Shown here piece by piece: positions 37,616 through 50,045 of a stretch of 53,618 nucleotides of DNA (positions are counted from its first letter, which is position 1; the number at the start of each line of letters is the position of its first letter). The notes beneath the pieces are model-generated. The model did not search any database, was not told the origin of the DNA, and saw nothing but the letters and a program-made list of their open reading frames with translations. This stretch comes from Octopus bimaculoides. Lineage: Eukaryota. The position numbers and the translations under genes were made by a program. The DNA is taken from positions 33,849,469 through 33,903,086 of the forward strand of contig NC_068990.1 in assembly GCF_001194135.2 (NCBI RefSeq), read 5' to 3'.

Positions 37616-38275
37616 AACAGCACAGTTTTTGCTGGAGAAGATTCACCCACCCATGGAAGATCTGCATCTAAGTGTTTCACTCACTAGGTTCCTGTCAGCT
37701 CTCTCCATTACTCTCTAATCTATCACTTAGTCTCTCGCCATTATCACCATGATAACTGTGTAATGATGGATGGTACTGGATCTGTTCATATCTAATCCTC
37801 CACTACCACCATCCTTGATCATTCTACTTGCGTGAATAACAAGGAACAGGACAGCATTTATCCATATCTAATCCACTCTTTCAAATAATCTTTCTTTACT
37901 GCAAGCTATCTCTCTCTCATATTACTCTTTTTCCCACAATTCTCTCTATCTCTCTTCTATTACTCTCTCTCTCTCTCTCTCTCCTATTACTTTCTCCCTT
38001 ATTATTGACATCCATCATTCTCCCTCTTACCAGTACCTGCTATCTATTAATTGCTTTCTCTCTGACTACTACCCATCTTTATTACTGCCCATCACCCTTT
38101 CTCTTTTTCACATTGCTCCCTCTTCTATCAATCACTGTTCACTTTCTCTCCCCTTCACTCCCTCTTTCTCTCTCCCTACCATGATCCTCATACTGTTTTT
38201 CTATTCAATTTCCTTAATAATGACCAACATGTGATTGCCTCCCATTACTCCCTCTCCTGTCACTCTCTCATCATT

Positions 38276-38321
<46 letters not shown>

Positions 38322-38324
<3 letters not shown>

Positions 38325-38530
38325 CTGGCAGAATCTTTAGTACACCGGGTAAAATGCTTAGCGGTATTTTGTCTGCCATTATGTTATGAGTTCAAATTCT
38401 GCCAAGGTCGACTTTGCCTTTCATCCTTTTGGGATCGATGAAATAAGCACCAGTTATGCACTGGGGTCAATACATTCGATTAGCCCTCTTTCCCAAAAAT
38501 TTAAGGCCTTGTACCTAAAGTAGAAATAAT
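38322..38530 (+). mobile_element. SINE family B copy
   Basis: AAGCTGGCAGAATCTTTAGTACACCGGGTAAAATGCTTAGCGGTATTT..GAGTTCAAATTCTGCCAAGGTCGACTTTGCC. A minus copy follows at about 38940-39113. Confidence 0.8.
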
Positions 38531-39149
38531 TATATTCTCTTTCTCTGTCCCTTACTCAACCTCTCCATTTTGTTGTCTTGAACAAATAGAGATGATGTAG
38601 GGTAGCAATGATTCTCTAGTCTTGTCAAAAACAAGACAACCACTCTAGTGTTGGCTCCACCATAAACTCAGCAGCACGCTCTGTAAAGTATTAAAGAAGG
38701 GTATCCAGCCATAGAAACCATGCAAAAAAAAAAAACAAAAAACAAACTAAAACATATAGGTGCAAGTGTGGCTATGTGATAAGAAGCTTGCTTCCCAACT
38801 ACATGTTTCTGAGTTCAGTCCTCCTCCCCATCCTCTTCCTGCTCCTCCTCCCTTCTCATTTGATCTGCTTTTTCCTGCTTTATCCTCTCCTGTTGCCTCT
38901 CCACAACTATAATCAATAGGTCCAGTCAATCATCCTTTCTACTGGAAGCACAAGGCCTCAGAAGTGGGTAAACTGGTACTTAATTTATCAACGCCGAAAG
39001 GACAAAATGCAAAGTCGATCCTGGCGGTATTTGAACTCAGAACGTGAAGACAGACAAAATACCTCTAAGCATTTAGCCCAGCATGCTAACAATTCTGCCA
39101 CCTTGCCACCTTCGGGTCCAATCAATGATGCTTGCATTGACAATTGCTG

Positions 39150-39656
39150 TTAACCCTTTGGCATTTAAATCAGCCATATCTGGCCCAAATACTCTACCTG
39201 TCTTATGTTCAAACTGACCAGATCTGACCTCACACACTTACCCTATAATGTTATCATCAAGCTAAGCAAAATCATTGTCTTCCACACACTCAGGATTGCC
39301 TTTCAGGTGCCAGTGCCACTTAAAAAGCACCTGTATTGGTACTGCATTAATGCAACTGTGACAGAGGCACGTAAAAAGCACCCGTCACACTCTGTTAAGT
39401 GGTTGGCATTAGGAAGGGCATCCAGCCACAGAAACCATGCCACGAAAGACAGTTGGAGTTTGGACAGCTCTCTGCTAGCCAGCTCCATGTCAAGCCATCC
39501 AACCCCTACCAGCATAAAAACTGGACGTTAAATGATGAGGATGATGATTGTCATCATCCAATTCGTGAACCTTCAAGATAATGCATGACCAATTGAAAAC
39601 AATGTGAATAAATAAACATTACATTTGACAGAATAATCTGAAAGGTAAAGGGTTAA
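39150..39656. mobile_element. piggyBac-type MITE interrupted by an RTE 3' fragment (about 39254-39548)
   Basis: TTAACCCTTTGGCATT and AAAGGTAAAGGGTTAA termini. The insert carries GGTTGGCATTAGGAAGGGCATCCAGC and ends in (ATG)n. Confidence 0.8.
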
Positions 39657-42287
39657 GTCTCCTTAATCAATTTGAATAGAAGCACACTTCCAAGCAGTGG
39701 AAGTTAGTTGCCTGAAGACCAAAGAACGAGAAGAACTCTAAAAAAAAAAACAATTTAGGCAGACTCAGCTTTGAACTAATAATAGTGTGAGTATGTGTGT
39801 GTGTGTGTATTTGTGTGTGCATGCATGTGTTTGTTTTCAATTCCAGGAGAAATAGACTTTATGCTATCTACAGTTTTGGAGTAATTACACAACAGCGCGT
39901 ATTTTATATTTTTGTTCACAACACAGCATCAATACTTTCAGTGCAAGCTTAATGAACACTATAGTAACAGCCACATTAATTGGATGAGCAATTTGATGCA
40001 GCCTAGAAACTTCAATGAACCATATGGGGAAAATTTACAGTTTTATCTATGCAATACAAAGCAATTTTTATCCATTGTGTATAAAAGCACATCCTGTTAG
40101 TAGCTTGGGATGTAAAATTTAATTCATGAATTTCTTGTTTTGGATTTTTTAAATTCTGTTTCATCCTATTGATTTTTTTACTTCGTTTTTGTAAAACAAT
40201 TTTCTGTAATAGAATTTTGTTGTTGAAGCATTATTTAGATTAAATAAACAACCTAGAAGGAGTTTAGTAAACAAAAATGAAGGGAAAATTATTTTCAAGT
40301 AATTCTTCTACAAACACTCGCAGAATACTGATTTGTATGGCATGTAACTTCATGATAGAATGTATTCTGAGGAATATGGCTCGCTTCTTTAAGATGTGTT
40401 CTCAAATTAATGAGGAATCTAATTCAATCCAGTAATATCTTAATATAGCATAATGTTGTTCATCTTCTTCATTGTTTTAGCTTTGTTTTCGACAATTTCT
40501 TTTTGTGGGTTGTTTTTTTTTTAATGTTATATTTCAGTCAGAGGTTATCTATATTGATTTCTGAGATCAATGATTTTAACAAATCACTAAATGCTTTGAT
40601 GAAACAAAGATTCTCCAACTTTTCTGAAGAATTCAACTGGCAAATAACAAGCTAAAAGCTGAAAAAAATAAGTAAATTTCTTCTTTTCTGCCCAATCCCA
40701 TACATAATTAAACAAAGTATATTTAGCAAAGTTGTGCTGTAAGCATGCAGCAGCAACAACAACAACAACAACAACACAGTAGTATTAAAGGCTACATATT
40801 TCCAGCTTCCACTGATCTCGAAGCAACAACAAGAACAAAATAGTGAATGGAAAGACAAAGTAGAGAGACATGATCAATAATCAATAATTTTCCTAATGCA
40901 ACTACAAATACCATCTATACTTTCTCAAATCACATCCACATTGTTTAGTAATTTTCCTTTCTTTTAATCTGTTTCTGCTTGTACCCCCACTCAACTACCT
41001 CCCCACCAAACAATGCTGGACTACTTCTCAGCTAATACTCCTTATAGATGACTAAGTGATTACAGCATTACTTATATTAACAATACTCTTCACTAAGTAC
41101 CATTGTTGCATTTTTACATTGGTTTTGTTTTTTTTTATTATTATTATTTACATATTTGTTTGTTTATTTATTCATTATTTTTATCATACAAATCAATTCA
41201 TTAATGTATTACATTCAGTATGATAGCTATGATAGCATTATGAAATATCAGTTTTAACAGAATTGAAGCCAATGATAATGGAGCACCTGCCTCTAATTCC
41301 TAACCGAACCAACTTATCTAAGTGGTTGCCATATCCCTATCAGCAAATACAGGTACATGTTTTTCTCTTTTTTTTTTTTGTATCAGGTAAGAATTCAAAA
41401 ATAAAGAAATAAATTCCGCAGGTGTTTCAGAATGTAAACTTGAATTCTGATAAAATTATTCAATGCATATTTTATAGGCTGTATCTTTGTCAATATAACA
41501 ATCGTGGATCACCTAATTGAATAAATCTTGAAAGTATCATTGCTTCTGTAACCACTTAAATGCTACATTATATTCAAATCAATTATTCATTTAAGGCATT
41601 GTATGGAAAAGAATAAAACATAGTTGTTGTATGGATCTATAGATTGATGACCTAGCAAAACTATGTTCTATTCAGGCTGTACTCGTATATATTCTAAAGC
41701 CTACATGCAAAACACTCAAACACATGCACATTCACATGCAACCATATACACACTCAAAACAGAAATGTATGCAGGCACACACTACCTTTCTGTCTCCCTT
41801 TTTCCTTACACAAATGCACACAAAAGTATGCATGCCCACACACACAACTGCATGCACAAATGCACACACATATCAATGCATACATGCATGCTCACACATC
41901 ACCAACAACTGCAGGCACATCAATGAATGTATACTCTGACAAATCTTCATTCACATACCTGCACCAACATGTGTGCATGTGCACACACTGACATACATCT
42001 ACACCCTGCCGACCACCCTCATCCACTTCTACACGAGCTTACATACATACTCAGAGAGATTATGAATATAGAATCTTATACAGTAAATAGACCTGTAGGC
42101 TTGAAACAGATTTTTAACTTTTGCTTTTAATAGTAGCAGAGAAGAAGAGGAAGAGAGAGGAAATAAAATGTAAAATGAATAATCCCTGTTCTACATTATG
42201 CTATTGCTTTGATATGTCTCTCTCTCTCCCTCTCTCTATCTATCTATCTCTCTATCTATTTATCTATCTGTCTATCTGCCTAACTAG

Positions 42288-42380
<93 letters not shown>

Positions 42381-43364
42381 ATATATGTGTGTGTATGTGT
42401 GTAAATATGATCCTCATTTTAGTGTCCTCTGTTCTATACCTGCATGAGACAGATAGAGTTTGTTGAGGCAAATTTTTTTTACAGTTAAATACCCTTCCTG
42501 TTGCTAACCTCACCTGTTTCCAAGCAAGTTAATATATTTCAATGGTACAGCATGTTCTTTTCATTGTAGACTAAAAACAAACAACACCGGCTGTATCACA
42601 GTGATGCTCGTTCTACAGCGATCATGGGATGTAAAGATAAAGGTACGCACAAAAATACATACATACGATAAAGGTACACACACAAACACATATACATCTA
42701 TGATGATAGTCTCCTGTAGTATGGGAAAGATGGTTCTGCAGTTCCTTGCAGAATAGCCTATACATATGATTTGTTTATAGCAATCAAATGTTTCTGCCAC
42801 ACACATTAGCTCGTTCTCTCTATCGAATTAACATTGCTGGAACAGGTGCATGGCATACCATACATCAGGTACTGAAGTAATTACAGAACAATGTGAGATC
42901 AATTGTTTTAATAAAGAACACCTGCTCCTGCAATTGAAACCACAGTCCTGCAATCATGAGTGCAGCACTCTAACCACTATGCCATGTGCCCTGTTATACA
43001 TACATACATACATACATACATACATTCGTACGTACATACATACGTACATACATAGGCTTCTTTCAGATTTTACTTTGTCAAATCTGCTCACAAAGTTTTG
43101 GCCATTTAAAGCTACAGTAGAAAGTATTTGCCTGAGGTACCATACAATGTGGCTGATAAATGACAGTATTAACCATCATTAAATTTCATCTAAATAAACC
43201 ACTACTCGACTTGTCATTTATCAAACAATGTCATCTTTCATTCTTTTTTGCCATCACAACTTCCTCTGCTCCGTCCAACCTATAACTGCCATATTTGATT
43301 GAAATTTACTTAGTTTCTTCACCCTGCTTCTAATTAATCTTATAAATGAATCAGTTTGGGTAGT

Positions 43365-43530
43365 CACTAGCATAGCTAGGAGGGGACCAGTAGGGGTAGT
43401 ATGACCTGGGCTGCACTTTTAAAGGAGCAGCACTTTGGGATCTGCTGTAGGCAATATGTGGTTTTTGTGGGGTTTGGGGGTGACAAATGGAGGGGCTGCC
43501 CCAGGGGCACACATTTTAGCTACGTTAGTG
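43365..43530. mobile_element. Small hAT-like MITE
   Basis: TIRs CACTAGCATAGCTA and TAGCTACGTTAGTG. Flanks TGGGTAGT and CATGTAGT share GTAGT (degenerate TSD). Confidence 0.6.
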
Positions 43531-43867
43531 CATGTAGTTAAAACTCCCAAAATAATCATTTATACAACTGACGTACACAAAAACTACAGATAAAGACAGA
43601 CAAACATTGCAACAGATCCCATTCCCATATTCTCTCACTTAGTAAGGATTAAAGAAATATTATTGATCAACATTTCAATATGAATGGTTACATGGGTTGG
43701 ATGGATCTGCAACAAATTTTCATTCATTTGTACAGAGATATTGATGGAATAAACAATTTTATACTTGCTGTAAATAATAAAAATTTGAAAATATGACAAT
43801 TGGGGAAAAAAAAAGACGTGAGTAAAAAAATAATTGGTTTCTAGGTAATAATGTAGAAAGAACTTAC

Positions 43868-43962
43868 CACTTAGGTCTACTGTTAGATCGAACAAGGGGT
43901 GACATCCCTTCACGGTACAAGGATTTTGTTTTGCTGAAATTCACAATGTTGAATATGACTCT
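43868..43962 (-). CDS. AGBL4: AGBL4/CCP6 internal coding exon, 95 nt
   Basis: Acceptor tatttctttcag| and donor |gtaagt. Encodes RVIFNIVNFSKTKSLYREGMSPLVRSNSRPK+TG, closely matching AGBL4 RVIFNIVNFSKTKSLYRDGMAPMVKSTSRPKW as recalled. Too short for the ORF track. Confidence 0.95.
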
Positions 43963-44144
43963 CTGAAAGAAATAATAAATATTTCTATTTGAACAATGCG
44001 TGCATCATTTACAATGTGTACATAATTGTAGAACAGTGCTAGCTGTAAGATATTGTCTCAGAAAACTACACTTTAGAGACCTTGCGTATAAAAAACACAA
44101 CACTCTCCATGTGATATCGTTAGAAAAATTCCTTATCATTATTA

Positions 44145-44455
44145 AAGTGGTGAGCTGGCACAACCATTAGCATGATGGACAAAATGCTTAGTGGAATTCC
44201 ATCTGTCTTAACATTTTCATTTCCAGTTCTACCAGTTAAAACAATATTTGCACTTCTTGCAGGGATGGTAAGCCAGGGATCAATTTGAAATAATTTGATC
44301 ACTGCCAGCACTCCTACAATCACTGGTATTGTAACAGTCTTGAGATGCCCCTTTATCTTTCATCCTTTCAGGGATTGATAAAATAAGTTCTAGTTGATGT
44401 ACTTGACTAGCCACCACAAATTTCAGGCCTTGGGCCTAGAGTGCAAAGGATTATA
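44145..44455 (+). mobile_element. SINE B interrupted by an R4/Dong endonuclease C-terminal fragment (about 44230-44347, minus)
   Basis: SINE B head at 44145-44220 and tail at 44350-44455. The insert translates HLKTVTIPVIVGVLAVIK. Confidence 0.7.
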
Positions 44456-44474
44456 ATTATTATCATTATTATTA

Positions 44475-44687
44475 AGGCAGTGAGCTGGTAGAATCGTTAG
44501 CATGCCAGGTGAAAATGCTTAGTCGCATTTCTTCTGTCTTTACATTTTGAGTTCAAATTCCGCCAAGGTTTACTTAGCCTTTCACCCTTTTCAGGGTCGA
44601 TAAAATAAGAACCAGTTTATTACTGGGGTCAATGTAATCGACTTAAACCTCTCTCCCAAAATTGCTGGCCTTGTGCCAAAAACTGAA

Positions 44688-44690
<3 letters not shown>
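44475..44690 (+). mobile_element. SINE family B copy followed by (ATT)n
   Basis: GGCAGTGAGCTGGTAGAATCGTTAGCATGCCAGG..GAGTTCAAATTCCGCCAAGG..GCTGGCCTTGTGCCAAAA. Another copy at about 46540-46740. Confidence 0.85.
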
Positions 44691-44718
<28 letters not shown>

Positions 44719-44753
44719 TTAAAAGGATTGATGTAATTTCTCACAAAGGTAAG

Positions 44754-46404
44754 TAGACAATACGAAAAGTGTGATGTGATTGTAATAGATGTTTTATTGG
44801 TTGAATGATATTTCAATAGCTTGCCTGTCTTTGTTGAGTTCAAAATGAAAAGTGTTATATAGAAATTCAAAATTATAGAAATTCAAATTCAAAGTCTGAA
44901 CAAGGCAATCAGCATTCCAACATTGATGGAATGACATCACCAGTTTTCAATTTTTGAGTTTATAACTAGCAAAAAGAAAAAGTAAGAAAAAAGAGAGAAA
45001 AAAAGAAAAAGGGAAAGGAAAAAGAAGAATATTTAATCAAACAGTTTTCTGCAAATATGATGAAATTCTGCTGTCATTTCATTTATCCCTCCAGGGCATG
45101 AGGTTAATAGTTCACAAACTTATTTCTCCTCATGCATTTTGAGAACTGAAAGTGTAGCAGATTCAGAATATTTTCTGAGAATATATCACTTTCAAGTTTT
45201 TTTCAAAATTGCAGCCGTTTGGTGCAAAATGTTTAGCAAGTTCTCTTGAACTACTGTTATTATGCCTGATGTCATATCTGTGCCCATTTGAAACTTTAGC
45301 TGAATTGTTCTATTGTACAACCAACATAAATCAAGCTGGATTTCGGATTTGACCAAATTATATGGTGTGGATGATCAGAGCAGCGGTGGAGGTAAATGTG
45401 GGATGTCACGGGCTTGGAAAATAACCGTGCCACTATTCTACCTCCAAAGAACTTAACTTTTGTGTCCAAAAATTCAACACTAGTTTTTGAAAAACTAGAT
45501 GTAAATTTAGCGGTTTGGAAAAAAGAGACCAATAGAATAAGTACTAGGCTTACAAAGAATAAGTCCTCGGGTCGATTTACTCGACTAAAGGCGGTGCTCC
45601 AGCATAGCCACAGTGAAATTACTGAAAAGAGTAAAAGAGTCAAAAGAGATGTCATCAATGAACCGTAGCCAGAGTATTGGTTCATGACCACATAGGGATT
45701 TGAATGTCTTTAGTACCTGTGTCTCCAATTTTGTTGTGAAGACATTAGTGAAATTAACTGCCATAGAGGTACCTACAGTACAACCTCTCATCTGGTGTTA
45801 AAATTTTTGTCTAAATTTCATTGTGTTATAAAGTAACACAAACCTCAATAGCCTACAAAGAAAATTACATAGAATAATTTTCGTTGACCGTTTTCTGAAG
45901 GCAGAATTTGCTGAACATTTTACATCAAACAGCTGCAATTTTGAAAAAAAAAAAACTTGAAAGTGCATATTCTCAGAAAATATTCTGAATCTGCAACATT
46001 TTCAGTTCTCAAAATGCATGAGAAGAAATATGTTTGTGAGTTAATAACCTCAAACCCTGGGGGGATGAATAAAATGACAGGAGAATTTCATCATATTTAC
46101 ACGAAACTGTTTGATTAAATATTCTTCTTTTTACTTTTCTTTTTTTCTTCTTTTCCTTTTTTTCTCTTTTTCTTTCTTTTTCTTTTTGCCAGTTGTAAAC
46201 TTCAAAATTGAAGACTGATGATGTCATTCTATCAACGTGAGAATGCTGGTTGCCTCATTCAAACTTTGAATTTGAATTTCTATAATTTTGAATTTCTATG
46301 TATCACTTTTCATTTTGAACTCAACAAAGACAGGCTAACTATTGAAATAACATTCAACCAATAAAACATCGATTGAAATTGCATCGCACTCTTCATATTG
46401 TCTA
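44754..46404. mobile_element. Foldback structure with about 500-bp inverted arms (44754-45244 and 45903-46404)
   Basis: TAGACAATACGAAAAGTGTGATG..CAAAATGTTTAGCAAGTTCT aligns along its length to the reverse complement of AGAATTTGCTGAACATTTT..CTCTTCATATTGTCTA. TA at both outer ends. Confidence 0.88.
45300..45885 (-). mobile_element. Penelope-like element RT fragment, disrupted by a SINE A tail (about 45503-45645)
   Basis: NFLCRLLRFVLLYN..F*HQMRGCTVGTSMAVNFTNVF..LE..EPILWLRFIDDI, then KFTSSFSKTSVEFLDTKV..LFSKPVTSHIYLHRCSDHPHH. These are typical Penelope RT motifs. Confidence 0.85.
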
Positions 46405-46750
46405 TTATTATTATTATTATTATTATCATCATCATTATTGTTAATATTATTATCATTATCATTATTATCATCATTATTATTAATATTATTATCATTATCA
46501 TTATTATCATCATTATTATTATCATTATTATTATAAAGTGACAAGGTGGCACACCAGACAAAATGCTTAGCAGCATTTCATCTATTTTCATGTTGTGAGT
46601 TCAAATTCTGATGAGATCAACTTTGCTTTTCATCCTTTCAAGGTTGATAAAATAAATACCAGTTGGGTACTGGTGTCAATGTAATTGACTTTTCCCTTCC
46701 TGCAAACTTGCTGGCCTTGTACCAGAATTTGAAATCATAATTATTATTAT

Positions 46751-48230
46751 GAGATTTTTTTCTCTTTTTTCAACTGCTTCCATCTCTTGCTGAGTGTCTT
46801 CCCAACACCTAGGACAAAGAAACTTACTGTATACATTGATAGACCATTAAAATAAATACATCAGATTTTTCATTTACAAAATTAAATAATAAATTCGAGT
46901 AAAGATGGTAGATATTCTCAATACATGTGGCATACCAGTTAAAACAATATTTTGCATTTCTTGCAGGGATGGTAAGCCAGGGATTATTCTCAAATAATTT
47001 AATCATTGCCAGTGCTCCTGCAATCACTGGAATTGTAACCACCTTGAGATGCTACATCTTTTCAATTTCAATGAGCAAATCTTTGTATTTTCTGAGCTTG
47101 TCAAATTCTGTTGCTGATACCCATGTTAATCAATAAATAGACAATTATTTTGGTATTCTACAACAATATCCAGTTTATTAGTTTTGGTGATTCTGTCTGA
47201 AGTCCCAAAGAATTGTTACATTTCTCTCTCAGTTACAACTTCAGGGTGATGCTTTTATAACTTGTCGGCAGTTTTGATTTTATAATGCTGACATATTAAC
47301 CAGAGTAGATATTAACCAACTCTGTCACATCTTGATTTATTCTCTACTGGCAATAGAACTTTAAATAATAAAAATAAATGTGCCCTTTTAAAGCTCAGCC
47401 AGGCTCATGGGCCTGGTTTCTTGGTTTCAATGGTGTATGTGTTCCCCAGCTGGACGGGACGACAGTCCATCGCAGCCTTACTCATTTTTGCTAGCTGAGT
47501 GGACTGGAGCAACGTGAAATGAAGTGTTTTGTTCAAGAACACAACGCGTTACCCGGTCCAGGAATCAAAACCACAATTTTACGATCATGGTGCTGACACC
47601 CTAACCACTAGGCCACGAGCCTCCACTGGTACTAGAACTTTACATCCAGAAATTAAGTGGTCCACTGTTTCAATCTCATCATTGCAGAATTGGCATTTTA
47701 CTCCCTTTTTCATCATGTTGGCTTGGCAGTTCCAGGTCTATAAGCTTTGATCTTGAGCAGCCACCCTGAGTTTTGTAGCCACTGATATATGTGCTTCTGG
47801 TTAACACCAGCTTGTTTGTTATCGGTCACATATTTGCTATACAGAAGTTTCTCCTCTTACCTACTAGCCAGTTGTTTATCTTTGCCATTAATTTAACTTT
47901 CTTTGCAACAACAGTTGCCAGAGTGAAGTTTCTTACACCTTTTGTGATAGTCATTGAGCTTAGCATCCAATCATTAATTGTTTCAAGATATTTGGCCAGT
48001 TCAATTGTGGTTTTTGTAAGAAAGTTCAAACTGGATCAAACCTTGATCTCCATCAGATCCGGGAAGGTAAAGATGATCCACGTCTGCCTTTCGGTGGTGC
48101 ATCTTATTACAAATCAGCAGCTTATGAATTTTTGTATCAGTTTTCTTCATTTCATTGATATTCCAGTTTAACACATTGAAGCTATAAGTAACAACTGGAG
48201 CTGCTAAGGAATTTATGGCTAACACCTTAT
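46751..48230 (-). mobile_element. 5'-truncated R4/Dong-clade LINE (post-RT region, RLE endonuclease, 3' UTR), interrupted by a SINE
   Basis: AINSLAAPVVTYSF..NW..KMHHRKADVDHLYL, VAAQDQSL, ILWDF, NKLDIVV, EFDKLRKYKDLLIEIEKM and VTIPVIAGALAMI. The 3' end abuts (ATA)n. Confidence 0.85.
47385..47625 (-). mobile_element. tRNA-derived SINE with Meta-domain-like segment, inserted in the R4/Dong copy
   Basis: Minus strand GGCCTAGTGGTTAGGGTG head and GCTGCGATGGACTGTCGTCCCGTCCAGCTGGGG. Confidence 0.75.
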
Positions 48231-48564
48231 GCGTTCATTTAGCTCAGATCTCAGAACTGCTGAAACTCTACTCTAACATTCCTTCCTAATCTTATCTTTC
48301 ATGCTTGCATGCCGAATGCCGAAGCCTTCATTTGTTCACATGATTGCAAAGGGAGAGTGACAGATGGAGGATGAATGTAGTGAGGGAGTTTAGGAAGATG
48401 GGATATTAGAGAGAGGTTTATCAAGGACAAGTTGTATCTAGGGTATGGACACAAAGGTCATACCTTTATGGCCTCAGTTTTTCTGAGCTTAATGGATATT
48501 TGAAGCCTATATGCTCTGCTGGATGTGCAATGTTAGTGTCTATTTACAACACTGTAAAATTGCC

Positions 48565-48905
48565 AATTGTCTCAGTCCTTTGTAACGCTCAGCGTCTGAA
48601 AATCATTTACCATCAATTCATCCCACATCTTTCTCAGTTTCCTTCTTCCACAGGTTCCCTCTACATTTAGAGATCAGCACTTCTTTATGCAGATACCTCC
48701 ATCCATATGCATCACATAAACATACCAGCATTCTTCTCTCTTGCACACTCCACCCTGGTGCCTCTTATACTCAATCTTTCTCTCAATACATTTACACTGT
48801 GTTGTAAATTCACATTGACACTGCACTTCCAGCAGAGCATGTTGGCTTCATTTCTTTCAAGCTTTTGCATATCATTTACATTCACACTCCATGTTACACT
48901 ACCAT
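48565..48905 (-). mobile_element. RTE ORF C-terminal remnant
   Basis: LHGSVTWSVNVNDMQKLERNEANMLCWKCSVNV..VLRERL, then VMHMDGG..KKC*SLNVEGTCGRRKLRKMWDE. Confidence 0.8.
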
Positions 48906-49732
48906 GTAGCATATAACACGTATAATTAGTTAGATAGAAGAATACAATATGTATAATTGGTGACAGTGGAAGTGAACATGTATAATTAATTAGACAGTGA
49001 AACACGCACATATAGTGGAGAGACAATGGAACATCTTTTCTCTCTCTGTATGTGTGCGTGTGTGTGTGTGTGTGTGTAAGAGAGAGATGTGAAACATATC
49101 AGAACAGTGTAGAATTGGAGAGACAGTAGAACATTGTAAAACACTGGCACATCAACTGCAGACAAACTCTTGTGACATATGCTCTACTGTGGGTAAAAAT
49201 TGAACTGTATTTGAAGTCATGACAGCCCTGTGTGTGTGTGTGTGTGCTTGCATGTGAATGTGTGTGTGTCCACTGAAGCCATTACAGTAATGAGTTAGAT
49301 ATCAATGAGGCTCTGTAGCTTAAGTCATGCTATAATACAAACTTGCTAAACTAAGGGCTCACAGACACACACACACATGTATATGTTTGAAAATTGACGT
49401 ATGCTGGTTGATATAATAACAAGCTGATAATTAGATTCAATACATAAAGTGTTGACAGTGTTCACAATAATGAAATCATTCACAACATTACCATAATTTA
49501 GATAATTTAAACCAGGAGAAAACCAGCACTGTAGCAGTTCAATCTCAAACTAACTTCACTAATTATCTACAACTTCATTATGATAATCGTATTTCAATTT
49601 AATCAACAATTTTTTTAGTAAATGTTATTATTACAGTTAACAATAATAAATGTAACTGGTCGTTATCTACTGCTAATGCAATGTTAAATGTAACATAAGG
49701 TTTTATTCCATGAGTAGGACTCATCACTTAGC

Positions 49733-50045
49733 ATCTGCTTTCCATACTGGCATAGGTTAAATGGTTTGACTGGAATTGGTAAGCCAGAGAGCTGCATCAA
49801 GTTCCAGTCTGATTTTGCATGGTTTTCTACAGCTGGATGTCTTTCCTAATGCCAAACACTCCCAGAGTTTAATGGGTGTTTTCTACATGCCGCCAGCATG
49901 GGTGCTTTTATGTGGCACTGGCACAGGTGCCAGTTACATGAACCGGCATCGACCACAACCATGATATCATTTGGCTTGATGAGTCTTCTCAAGCACAGCA
50001 TATCACCAAAGGTCACGGTCACTTGTCATCGCCTCCATGAGTCCC
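49733..50045 (-). mobile_element. RTE-LINE 3' UTR fragment
   Basis: GCTTTCCATACTGGCATAGG..CAGCTGGATGTCTTTCCTAATGCCAA..GGTCACTTGTCATCGCCTCC. Confidence 0.75.

Larger units (their letters stand above)
3982..43867 (-). other. AGBL4: AGBL4 intron, 39,886 bp, GT-AG, phase 2
   Basis: Donor gtaagt at 43867-43862 and acceptor cag at 3984-3982. Joining TG + G restores the Trp of SRPKW, and the two exon peptides are contiguous in AGBL4. Confidence 0.88.

Noticed and set aside
44746-44754. Perfect AAG|GTAAGT donor on the plus strand
   Set aside because: It is an isolated 9-mer with no acceptor or ORF upstream, adjacent to (ATT)n.
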